This document shows, one piece after another, positions 24,434-35,385 of a stretch of 64,000 nucleotides of DNA (position 1 is the stretch's first letter; the number at the start of each line of letters is the position of its first letter). Below the pieces are notes generated by a model that made no database searches, was not told the origin of the DNA, and saw nothing but the letters and a program-made list of their open reading frames with translations. Made by a program: the position numbers and the translations under genes. Source of the stretch: Ramazzottius varieornatus (Eukaryota; Animalia; Tardigrada); assembly GCA_001949185.1 (NCBI GenBank), contig BDGG01000001.1:2497324-2561323 (forward strand). Direction: 5' to 3'.

Positions 24434-27400
24434 ATGTATCATAGTGGGTCTATTCTCGATATCCTGGGTGTGGGACTGTCCATCTTCATCATCATCTTCT
24501 GGATCGGCGTCTGGCATGTCCATCTAATCAGTATTATGTATGGGTAGGTACAGTTACAAACTCTCCGCTAGATTCTTCCACAAAACTCTGGAAATTTCCA
24601 CCTTCAAGATTCCATGTACACTAAACCTGTTTTTATCCTTTCTTTCTAGATGAGGCAAGCAGTGTGAGTCGGTCACCCGTGGAATTCACTTTTGTGACGT
24701 CATGGCGGGTTGATGTATTGACGGGTGACCGATTCATCCATACTGCGCCGTCACAACAATTTTCCGTGTTTCATCGATAAAGTGATTTAGAGCAGCTCCG
24801 ATGAAGTTATGTGACTGTTGGGCTTTTTATCATCTCGGGGATAGGTGGGATGAAAAGGTGTAGACAGCGTGACATAATTTCCTGCGTTGCAAAGCGATAC
24901 CCGATATCAAATACTGTAATAATCTAAATTGCTTTATTGAGTTTGCTCCCCGTTTTGTATGATTGCTTGCGTTCTACGTGGAGCAAGCCTTTTCCGGCTT
25001 TCCCGCTACACTTGAGAATGATCGCGCAACACTTCAGCTTCGGCGCCTGCGTTTTATGAGAAGCTCACTTTCGATATTTGCCAGATATCAAAAGCTATAA
25101 ACATTATCAACATACGATATCGACAGTGCAGCCAAAGTCTGCAGCCCGAACGACCAAAGGATGAGGGTTCTGTCTCACAGGCACACGCTGATACCAGAAC
25201 CGGTGACTGAGTCCTTTGTCCAAAGAACTAGTGCTGTAATCCTTTATGCACCAAATTATTCAATGCTTTAACTATCAGTACTTCAAACAAGAAACCTTTT
25301 GTGAGTATGAAAGCTCCTCAAGATAAAAGTCAAACCTAAAAATAGAACTAATTTTACTGTGGGTTTTTGGGCTGTCCCAGTTGGCCCGATCTCAAAAAAA
25401 GGTTCATTTTCGAAGGAGGAAATGTAAACCAGAGAACTTAGAAAAAGTTTGTCGGATGATTGAGGAAAATGAGAGGGTGCGCGAGTTGGCAGAGGTAAGC
25501 ATGTTTGTAAGCGCTGTTAGTTTTTTTTGCCTTCCGATCTCAAAAATACATTCATGTCTCGTGAATGGTAGCGAGGAAAGACATGCTTTGTCCATCTGAT
25601 TTGCTTTGTGAAACGAAGTTGTCTTTTTGAATTGATATCAGTCATGCAAGAGAATCGTGATGTTACTATTGTCTCTCCCGCAGGCAGACATCGCGGAAAG
25701 GAAGAATTTGATGCGTAGTCTTGTCTGGTGAAGCAGATGCAACCATGGCAAGTGGCAGATTGATTGCGATGAGTCAATGACGAGATACTTGGAACGGCGA
25801 ATGGAAAGTAGTAAACGATGCGTGTGTCTTAAATGCTTTGTAGAGCGGAAGTTTAGTCTCGGATCTTTCTCGAGGCCGCCGTTGAATGTGAACCAGTGAC
25901 AAGTCACTAGTTTACAGAGCAGACTTTTGAGGCCCACTCTTTCATTCTGGCTTTGACGTTCCTCACTAACAGGCGGCATTAATGAATGTTAAACACACCA
26001 GCAGTGCACGCTTTCCGCGTTTCCTCCTCCTCGTCCCCACTAATCCCAGCTGAATGCAGCTCAGTAAACTGTCTCACTTGACAGCTATAAATAACACCAA
26101 TGGAAAACCCGTTAAACAGGGAGAAGATGAATATAAAAAAGAAATTATCCAGAAAATATGAATTGAAAATATTCAGACTATTCAAATGGGAGCTCGGCGA
26201 ACAAACTCGGCAAGGTTGTTCACCCATGTGGCGCACTTCTTCGGTGTTATTGGCGCAAAGCGTGCGTCATTTCGGGAAAACGATCTTATCTAATTTTTTT
26301 CGCCTAGGTTCTAGTTTCGAAATAACCATTGTATGTTCGGTTCGATGTTGTTGCAGGAAGTGGCGTCTGCATCGTTCGGTTACAGTCCAGATATCATCCT
26401 CGGATGCCGGCGCCGGCGGCGAGACTATAAAGCTGCACCACAAGACGAAAGATTGCTCAGTAGAGGTTTATTCCAGTGATGGTGTCCAGTTGAAACAACA
26501 GCAAACAGATGGCGGCGGCTCGGGTACCGACAGTACCATCATCCAGGTTCACAGCGATGGGGAAGAAAGAAGCCTGACGCTCTTCAACACCGGCATGCTT
26601 CCCGGTGTATCCGTGCTCAAGCCGCTCGTCGGCATCGATCAGTATTTACTACAGAATCTGGAGACCTTTTTTACCATGGCATATCCCAAGGTACCTGTTT
26701 CCCGATTTTGATTTCCTCAGTCAACAATGACTTCTTTCCTTCTGACGCCACGAACTTTGCACGATGGTGATGGTTTGCGGTGAGGCTATAGCAGTCCAGT
26801 GTACGCACGTGTCTGAAATGTCTCGTATATCGAGACATCTCACACACCTGCATACACTAGACTCCCTGTGGTGTAACTACCGCCGGTATGCTGGCTCGTG
26901 ATGTTACCTTGTTTCTCATGGATGATGGTTGTGTGCGATGACGTCTTTGCGAGTGGTTTTTAGAATGTTCCTTCTGATGTTTTGCAGTTTGAACTTCTCT
27001 TTTGCGTGCCAGATGAATCGGATGCAGCCATAATGGTGGTGCATAGCCTCATGCGAAAGTACCCAGCTGTGGATGCGCGCTTATTTATCGGTATGTGACC
27101 CTGGGGAATAATGTTACGTTGGAATGTTATTCTATGGTATTCTGCAGGGAGACGTTTTCATCATTGTCGTTTATTCTCTTTTAGGTGGAGAGAATATCGG
27201 AGTGAATCCCAAGATCAATAACATGATGCCGGCATATCGCAACGCGAAATATGATCTCATACTGGTTTCAGACAGCGCTATCATGAGTAAGTGTTGTTTT
27301 TCTTGTCACCAAAACATTTTCAGTCTTCTCAATTAACTCATAAACTGCCGTCACGTTCCGTCATGGTTTGCTGAGCTTTTGGCGCGGTTCTCTAAAGTAA

Positions 27401-29171
27401 CATTACAACAGGAATAAATTAATAAACTGTCATATTGTGTCGTTGTCGTAACACTCTTTTTGAATCGAATGGACGGGCTTTCCTCATTGTGTGCAATTTA
27501 TTCATAATTTCCTGTTATGGTTACAGTGCGTGAGGATACCTTGTTAGACATGGTCTCCACAATGATACTACCGGAAGTGGACAAGAAACAGTCCCAAAGT
27601 CGACTTTACTGTCTCTGGCGCTGGGTTCGTAACCGAGGTCCAACGCACGGTGTCGGTCTCGTCCATCAGATGCCTTTCTCCATGGACCGAGAAGAATTTG
27701 GATTTCCCGCCTGCCTTGAAAAGGTACAACTCCCCCTTAACTGCTGGAGACATCAGCACTGACTTTGTATTGCCATAGGTCTACTTCGGCTCAGCTCACG
27801 CACGCATCTACCTAGCAGCAGACGCGGTGGGCATTAACTGCCCCACGGGGATGTCTGCCTTAATGCGAAAGCATCTGCTGGAAAATAAAGGGGGAATGGC
27901 GGCTTTTGGGAAATATCTAGCCGAAGATTACTTTTTCGCCAAAGCCATTACAGACCAAGGCTGGGGCATTTCTATCTCTTCGCAGCCAGCCTGGCAGAAC
28001 TCGGCTGTCTGCGACCTTGCTCACTTCCAGGACCGTCTGGACCGGTAAGGCCTCGATCAATTTGACCTTTTGTGTGCTGCAGCAGTCTCATCTGTGGGAG
28101 TCGGATGGATAGATGTTTGGTATTTGTAGCTGGGCCAAACTACGCTTCGCAATGGTGCCGTTAGCCACACTGTTGGAACCTTTCCAAGAGTGCGTGCTTC
28201 TGGGCATACTAGCGTCGCTAGCAGTGTCCTTCCTCACTGACATGTCAGCCTTAGGCATCTTTCTTCTTCATGTCATTACGTGGTTTCTCCTCGATTGGAC
28301 CTTGCTCAGAACCGTACAGGTAAATTCCTTGCCGGAATCCTACTACAGAAGAAGGAAGCGGCGCGAGCTAGAACTCGATCGTTTTTCTAAGTTGCGCATG
28401 TTTTCAGGCGGTAACACTCAAAGCGTGCGCTACTTAGGAAAACAATCTTGTCGAATTTGTTTGCCGAGCTCCCAATTGATCTAAAACTTTTCGATCATTA
28501 GTATACTGGGTTGAAATACACCGTGGTGCTGCTCGAATCCTAAAAATTCTGACTAATGAATGTCGGAATCCAAAGCCGATCTTTATATTTTTTCCTTGCA
28601 GTTCCACCGTCTCTCATACAGTAAGCTGGATTTCATCATCAGCTGGATCTTCCGTGAGGTAACTTCCCCAGTCCTCTTCGCAAAAGCCTTGCTGAGACCG
28701 CAGATCAAGTGGAAGAACGGCTACTACCGGTTAAAGTGGGGAGGTCTGGCGGAAGTCATCAAGACTCCCCACATCGAGCTTCCCGTCTCGTCCGGCTTAG
28801 CGGTGGGTCCCGACCTGTCATCCACAGACTGCAACGAGTTCCGGATAGAGTGTTCCGATCTGCAGCCTTTGACATCGTCGTTGGGCGATAACGATGAGTT
28901 GTTAAGTCAGCAGTCTTTGAACGGTCAAGAAGTGCCTTTAGGACGGTTCGATCTCTTGGGGGAGAACGAAGGTGAGGTCTTGTCAGCGTCGCCGTCAAAG
29001 TCGACTGCGTATCGTAGCCGGCACGTGCGGTCGCGCTCGTTGCCACAGCGCAATCCCCTGCTGTCAGTTCTGTCCACCATTTCGCACAAGTTCCACCGGG
29101 GTACCACTTGCGACGACCTGGCCACTGAAAGCTTGTCATTCCTCACCAAAAGTGAACGAGATATTTTCTAA
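24434..29171 (+). CDS. UGCG: Ceramide glucosyltransferase (glucosylceramide synthase, GT21)
   Basis: Exon 1 (24434-24543) encodes the transmembrane anchor [37 protein letters not shown] and splices to KWRLH at 26357. Further motifs: [58 protein letters not shown]. Confidence 0.93.
26187..26313. repeat. Family A palindrome
   Basis: TGGGAGCTCGGCGAACAAACTCGGCAAG...GTGGCGCAC...GTGCGTCAT in UGCG intron 1. Confidence 0.8.
26846..26894. repeat. Family B palindrome
   Basis: ACCTGCATAC...GTATGCTGG inside a UGCG intron. Confidence 0.55.
28369..28474. repeat. Family A palindrome
   Basis: AAGTTGCGCAT...GTGCGCTACTT...TTTGTTTGCCGAGCTCCCA in the last UGCG intron. Confidence 0.8.
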
Positions 29172-29592
29172 GGCGCTTCCTTCTTTGTATTGGTTGGCTA
29201 ATGCTGAGCTGGGACCATTGTAATAGGTTTCGTCTCGAAAATGTTTGATGAATGCGAATGGGCAGTTTTGCGAAGACGAAAGTTCTCTCCCCAAAGTCTG
29301 TAAAGCTGGTTTTCTCTTTTCTTCTAGATGAAATTTTGTTATGGTTTTTTTCTGACTTGAACGCTGCGCTTTCCGGGATCGTGTTTCCAGTTTCTTTTGT
29401 GTACGAGTCTGGTCTGTTGACTAACGTAGATTCTAAAGTGAGTTTGTGGTGATCTAGTTTAATTTGATAATTTATGCTCGGAAAAGTTTTATAAGAGAGT
29501 TCTTCATTTGGGACTTTGGGCGTTTACCAACTAGCAAATTATATCTTCTGGATATCCAATGTAAGCTGAAAGGGCGAGAATGTATACCGTGC

Positions 29593-29642
29593 TCGGACAT
29601 GAACCTACTGAATGATCTTCGGACATGAACCTACTGAATGAT
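29593..29642. repeat. Tandem duplication, 24-bp unit x2 (period 26)
   Basis: TCGGACATGAACCTACTGAATGAT occurs twice. Confidence 0.9.
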
Positions 29643-29749
29643 TCTTACAGAAGAAACTTGGCGCAAGTCGACAGGAAGTACTCGGTGAGATAAGTTTATA
29701 AAGTTTTGTGATTTCTTTTTCTAAATTTCTTAACTATCACGAAAAGCTC

Positions 29750-30920
29750 TTACGGCAGATCAACATGACACCTGAACAAGGAAGGACCAGAACTAAACTC
29801 ACACTCGATGTCGCGCTCAAAACTGGACCACTAATTCGAACCAGAAAGCCATGCAGCAGGAACACGGAAGAGTTCGACAAAGAGGAGAAGTCGATGTCCG
29901 CAAGGGGTCCAATGTCTTCTCAAAATTTCTTTCCGCCGATCCGCCTGCAAACGGCCACGAGGATCGTACGATGGTCTATCGTTGTACGCATACTGCATGT
30001 ACAACAGACTTAACAGGCGGCCATTCACCAAAACATCAAGGTAGTCGCGTTAACGTCAGATCGTCCTTGATGTAGGGCCAAAGGTTTCGGCATGTGTTCT
30101 GCGCAGGCTCGGATATCTGGACGGCAGTCGGAAGCATCTCGGAAGATACCCACGGACAGCTTGGGCAGGCCATCCAGACGAACCTCCAGACTTCTCGCAG
30201 TTCCTCGAGCATCTTTCCGCCCTATCGTCTGGAAAACTATTCGGCAGTTTGAAAACTGAGTTTTTCGAAATGTATGTTTATCCAAACTGGGCGTTGACAT
30301 CCAGCTGATTCCTAATCGACGTCTTAAGGACTTACTTCTAACGTCATAGAAGGAGGACTCAGGACTGACAGAATCGTCTGCAGTCACTAGCGAAAACTCG
30401 TCGAGGACACCGTGACAGAAAATGATTCGTCGACCTTGGGCGTCTGCAAGAACAGACAACATGAAGCTTGTACGGGCCACATAGTCTCGGTTCCTCCCTT
30501 GTATGACCGAGTTCTTCTTCTTCAAGGTCAATTTCCCAACATGGACAGACACTCTCCGATGTGCACGTAAAGTATTCTTCCTACCTGATGCACATCGCAC
30601 CAAAACCGACGAATGCTGATTCGGTAGTCTTCGTTCTCCGTCTTTCCCTGATGTTTCTGCAGTATTTGCTTCAACTTGTCGGGAAAATTCAATTGGCGTA
30701 GAGCAAGTCGAAGTCCAGAAATATTTTTTACAGTCTAGGATACTTCATGAATACTTTTACAGTCCCTTTTACACTCTCTTTCGAATACGATTGAGAACAA
30801 CGAGCTGTCCGAAGATATCCACCAGGTCGATCAGGAGACTGGGCGAAATCTGATGGAACGTTGTCGATACACAGGCCATCGCCAACTGCCGATCATCCTC
30901 TTCTGTCCAGTCCATTTGTC
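29750..30920 (-). mobile_element. Decayed pogo/Tigger (DDE_1) transposase fossil
   Basis: Across frameshifts and in the expected order: RTSFMLSVLAD..IIF.GV, MLEELREVW, IKDDLTLTRLP/LDVLVN (cf. IPGGLTSxLQPLDVxVN), PRGRLQ..RKEILR. Confidence 0.5.
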
Positions 30921-31251
30921 CCAAGCAGTCGTTTTCCCTCAGCAGCAAACAGAATAACTAAACCAACACTGATCAGCTACCGGCACGCCGTAGGACCGAG
31001 GAAGATGAAAAGCTGTCTGGACTTTGGAGCCGGAAACGAAAGTCAGTTGTACACCAGCCAGACTTTTCGGCGTAGTTATCGCGCTGAGTGAGCGAAGGTT
31101 AACCCTCTGCAGGAGGGGGTGAAGATGGACACTGGTCAAATTTTGAGCCTGCCCCGGGTGGACCAAAATGGCATGGGCGAAGCCGAAAAGTGTGCGTTTA
31201 TTCCCAGGGCCTAGCTTGCTTTAATAAGGGCCGAAAGCTGATTGCCTGCCA

Positions 31252-32779
31252 ATGCCTGGGACGACCGGAATAATTACCATTGGTTGTGCTGCTGGACACA
31301 TCTGTACTTACGCAGCGAATGTATCGCAAGTATATTCGCGCTGTAAGAGATCCTTAGACTTGTCACTTTTCCCGACGGCGGGGAAGGAGAAGAGGATATC
31401 TCGACCGAACTCGTCGTTCGAAGCAGCAAAGCGTCGCTCCTATTCCACTCCAAACTTCGGAGTAAGCCCCTTCCGGAGTTGAGACTTTAGACCGATCAGG
31501 GCAGTGTAGTTCCTTGAGGATCATAATGGTGCTTCCAAGGTTTATGCCTGGCCATCATAACATCCTGTGGTAAGCCGTAATGAAGTCGACTGTTCGAATA
31601 AATAGCATGCGGGAATGGAATGCACGCATGGCATTGTTGTACAGTCTGTTACTCCTTTCAGGCCATCCTTCTTCAAAGGCGTAAGAAACTGGATTCAAGC
31701 TAACTTCATCGTTCGGCCTAACTTCGACCGTTCTTTCGATATCGACGAGTTTACGAAAGGAGCACGTCAGGTAAGATGACGGAGACAGTGGTGTGCATAA
31801 TGTACGTGTAGCGTGTTTTTTTGGCATGTGTGCTTGTGACCAGCGTCGCTTTCTCATTAGCCGTTCCGACGGTTGTGCCGTTCTTTTAGTAATGTCTGTA
31901 TTGTCTTTCAGGCATTCCTCACCGTTTGCGATCGAGTGGCGGACGGTGATGCGAACTCGATGAAAGGTTTGGTGACCGATGAGGTCTGCATCTCTAACAG
32001 CTTTTCACTCTAAATCGCAAACTGTGTGCCTGAACGAAGCCCTTACGGAGATGCTTTTCTACAGGTCTTGGATGCCGTTGAGAAAGGTTTGAAGAACCTC
32101 TCGACCGCGGACCGCGAAACCTTCCGAAGGAAAGGTATCGGCGGATACAACCTATGATTGATCTAACTTCCTACCCGGTCCGCGCACCTTTCTTTCAATA
32201 AGTTTTCCATGCAGACACAGATATTTATTTGACGTTTCCCTACCAGCTGGGCATCATCATGGACGACGATGATGGTTCGTGGTCGAATTTCTTCCTCGAT
32301 TTCCTTTTATATACTCGGTTACCGACTGTGTTTCTCTTCTTGTTACAGCAAATAAAAGATGGGTTGAAATAATGATGGTAAGGAGCCTTGGTGGAGTATT
32401 TTAACGCGACGGGTTCGCACAAGAATGCTCTCTTGTACTTTTAGGTGTATCATACGCTGAAGAATTTTGAGGATCTTCAGAAGCAAAACGTCAATGCGCA
32501 AGACCTTCAGAAGGTTTCCGACCGGTTCCTGTTCGCGAATTTCAGGTAAAGTTTGAAACAACTCCTGTCGATGCTCAAAGTCGTCTCATACTCGCACGTT
32601 TGTCCAGCGTGCAAAGTCCGAAACTCATGTTTTGCGGTTTTCGCTACAGGTTCAGCAGGAATTTTTCAAAAGATGTCAGTCCGGATCAATCTGACTGGAC
32701 CATCAACTATATCAATTTTTTCAATCCCGAGAGCGAACGGGCCGAGCTCGATGCAGAGAAGAAGAGCCAGAACTCATGA
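31252..32779 (+). CDS. MAIP1: m-AAA protease-interacting protein 1 (C2orf47; Tim44-like fold), many short exons; start uncertain
   Basis: Spliced reading: ILW|PSFFKGVRNWIQANFIVRPNFDRSFDIDEFTKGARQ|AFLTVCDRVADGDANSMKGLVTDE|VLDAVEKGLKNL...|DIYLTFPYQLGIIMDDDD|ANKRWVEIMM|VYHTLK...FLFANFR|FSRNFSKDVSPDQSDWTINYINFF. This matches the MAIP1 motifs FD.EF...EF..GAKQA and REF....PDWTI. Confidence 0.8.
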
Positions 32780-33496
32780 CAGCTCGCTGACTTCGCTCGG
32801 ACGTAGAACGTCTGTGGACTCTCTCGTTAGTGTTGAGACCTTCCTGGGGGATTTCGTTCAAAGTATCCCATTTTATCCTCTTTGGGCGTACTGTCTAGAG
32901 GCGCATGTTACCTGTCGACATTTGCAAACGAGCAGACTTTGTGTGTAACTCGAGTTTGCCGTTAAATTTCCAGTTCACTATGATAACTTTTTACGCTTCT
33001 GATCGAAACTATATAAGTCAGGGTAATCAAAGTCCAAAGAACCAAAACTATTTTACGGAGAACTGCATCGTTAGAACCATCATCATATTTCTTACACTCA
33101 AAATTCGCCTCCGCAGTATCTCAAAATTCGAATTACTTAAGAGGGCGCTACGGACCTGCGGTGACAGGATTTGTTCGCCGATGCGGAAAAATTCGGCTCT
33201 TCCGGTGCAAATGCAAATGGCAAATGCAAATGGGAGTTCCGGTGAGCAAATTAGACTACCGTAAGGTACTTGAGGGCTATGAAGCAGAAAAACTTGTTGG
33301 TGGATAAAGGCGGTTTGAGCCACGTGCCGTATCTATTACTTTGAAATTACAATTACCGAGCATCTAATACTGTATTTTTCCAAAGAAATAGCTGACATGT
33401 GAAGCCTACAGAATACACAGTATTTTGTATTCGGAAACATTAAACTACCCTGTTAAATGAACAAGGCACAAGGACTGAGCAGACAGTAAGCCGGAC

Positions 33497-33583
33497 GGCT
33501 GTCTTTTAAGTGTCAAGTAGGTAACTCAAGTTCCGTTCGACTAGTGACTTATCATTTCGGTGGTGAGAATTTGGACTGCATTT
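33497..33583 (+). ncRNA. Candidate spliced-leader (SL) RNA-like gene immediately 5' of 5S
   Basis: 24-nt GGCTGTCTTTTAAGTGTCAAGTAG followed by GTAAC donor at 33521; hairpin CTTATCAT-TTCG-GTGGTGAG (33548-33567); Sm-like AATTTGG (33568-33574). Structural resemblance only. Confidence 0.3.
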
Positions 33584-33702
33584 GCCTGCGACCATACCAC
33601 GTAGAATGCTCCCGATCCCGTTCGATCTCGGAAGATAAGCTACGTCGGGCCCGGTTAGTACTTAGATGGGTGACCGCTTGGGAACACCGGGTGTTGCAGG
33701 CT
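33584..33702 (+). rRNA. 5S rRNA, single dispersed copy
   Basis: GCCTGCGACCATACCAC...GATCCCGTTCGATCTCGGAAGATAAGC...GGTTAGTACTTAGATGGGTGACCGCTTGGGAACACCGGGTGTTGCAGGCT; 119 nt with an intact terminal helix. Confidence 0.97.
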
Positions 33703-33708
33703 TTTTTT
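33702..33708 (+). terminator. Pol III oligo-T terminator of 5S
   Basis: Run of seven T directly at the 5S 3' end. Confidence 0.85.
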
Positions 33709-35385
33709 GTTGTTCGCTATCACGCAACCGAATACTTGCCCGCCAGCCATTTTTCCAGCACACGTTTGACGGGAGGATGTTGTTTTTTACCTTCAAGTGC
33801 ATTGCAGTTTACGAGCCGGGCTCTTAAGGAAAAACTATGTAAAAATACCACATCACAATGTCATCTATTCGTGGCGTTTCCCAAATAGCACTAAGTAGTA
33901 CGCCGCAGCGGAATTTACGGAGGTGTATGATATTCCAGAATTAGATGCCGAAGTGTTGATCTGCCGCCAGTCTTGTCTCCATTGCGCGCTTTCGATAGAG
34001 TCCTCTCAACGAAAGTGCGAAGTTGGCAAGCACAGAAGGAATATTTTCGTCCGAGAGGCGGAACGGTGCGAAGATGCGAGTTATACGACCTTCTAACTGC
34101 TGGTTTTTTTCTGGTGCTTCTTAGTTGCTGAGATGAGCATCCTAGTAGAGACTGCTCGCTAGGTTCACACTCCGCAGCGGTGTCCACTTTTCTGGAGACC
34201 TTTGACACCATTGCGACTACCACATCCCAGGCCACACTTCGGCGACCCAGAATTTGGAAAAGAAATGCGTGAAAAGTAGTCCCTTGCGGTCTTGAGTAGT
34301 GCGACCTCGAGGAGAAAGTTCACATTGCTCCGTGACCGTTACAGGGTGCCTCGTTGAAAACATTGTGGAGTTCCAGCATCATGAATGAGTTACGTCAGTG
34401 CGCAAAGCTCTTCGTACTCATACACAACCACAGCGGATTGCTGGGCGAGTCACCGCTTGCATCCCAGTCCCGCTCATACGCACCTCGGGGAGAAACTGAA
34501 TGGAGAGAGATCAAAAGCTTGAGAGGAGTTAAAGGGACACAGCTAGAGAGAGACAACCTATGCAAAGTTTACATGGCAGACACGCTAGATCTGATGTCGT
34601 CATTCATCCCTTTGCTGCTCATCTTTGCTGCTTGGCTTTGGAAAATTTTCTACTGGCAAACGCAAATTTTCCATTGATTTGATGGCATTACTTTTATGGT
34701 GTTGACTGTGTGATCAAACTCTACTTTGGATGCATTGGCCAGGGAAGTTTGTTTAGTGTCAGATAACCGCGTCCCTTTTATCAGTTTGTACGTGGCTGTG
34801 GTGCGCTAGCCTTATCGACCATTTCGTGCACTAATGTTGACAAACTGTTTTCTCATTTCGTTCGATCTGGCTACATTGCCATTGCCTCTTGATGACGCTC
34901 TTGATCACAGATTCCGAGTGCTGAAATGACTAACCGCGACGGAATAGTCCTGTATATTTCACTTAGCAGATGGTTTCCGGTCTGGTATCCTCTTTCAGCT
35001 GTCATCCGATCATGATAGCGCTGCGTTCGGATGGGAGACACTTCCGCTAGTTCGAGGTATGAAAGCCTTCATCCCGTGACTTTGCTCTATGATATGTTGG
35101 AATTGAAAATGTGGATTATATGTAGGATGATTTCCAAAGGTCTTTGTTCGGGTTTTCGGGAACCCTAATTAGTCCGGCTGATACCGATGACATTACATAA
35201 CTACATGTGAATATATACATACGAAATGACAATGCTGAAATGCATTATTGATTGGGTTGATTGTTCCATTGTATGCTGATCGTTGTTGTGCTTTCAGGGG
35301 TTCTTTCTTCTGGAGTTAAAGTCAAGTGGAACAAGCTGAACCCTGCGCTGTCAACTAGGTCTCGACGTTGTGGAACAAAGCGAGG

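Noticed and set aside
33544-33888. 114-aa ORF
   Set aside because: It overlaps the 5S rRNA gene and is spurious.
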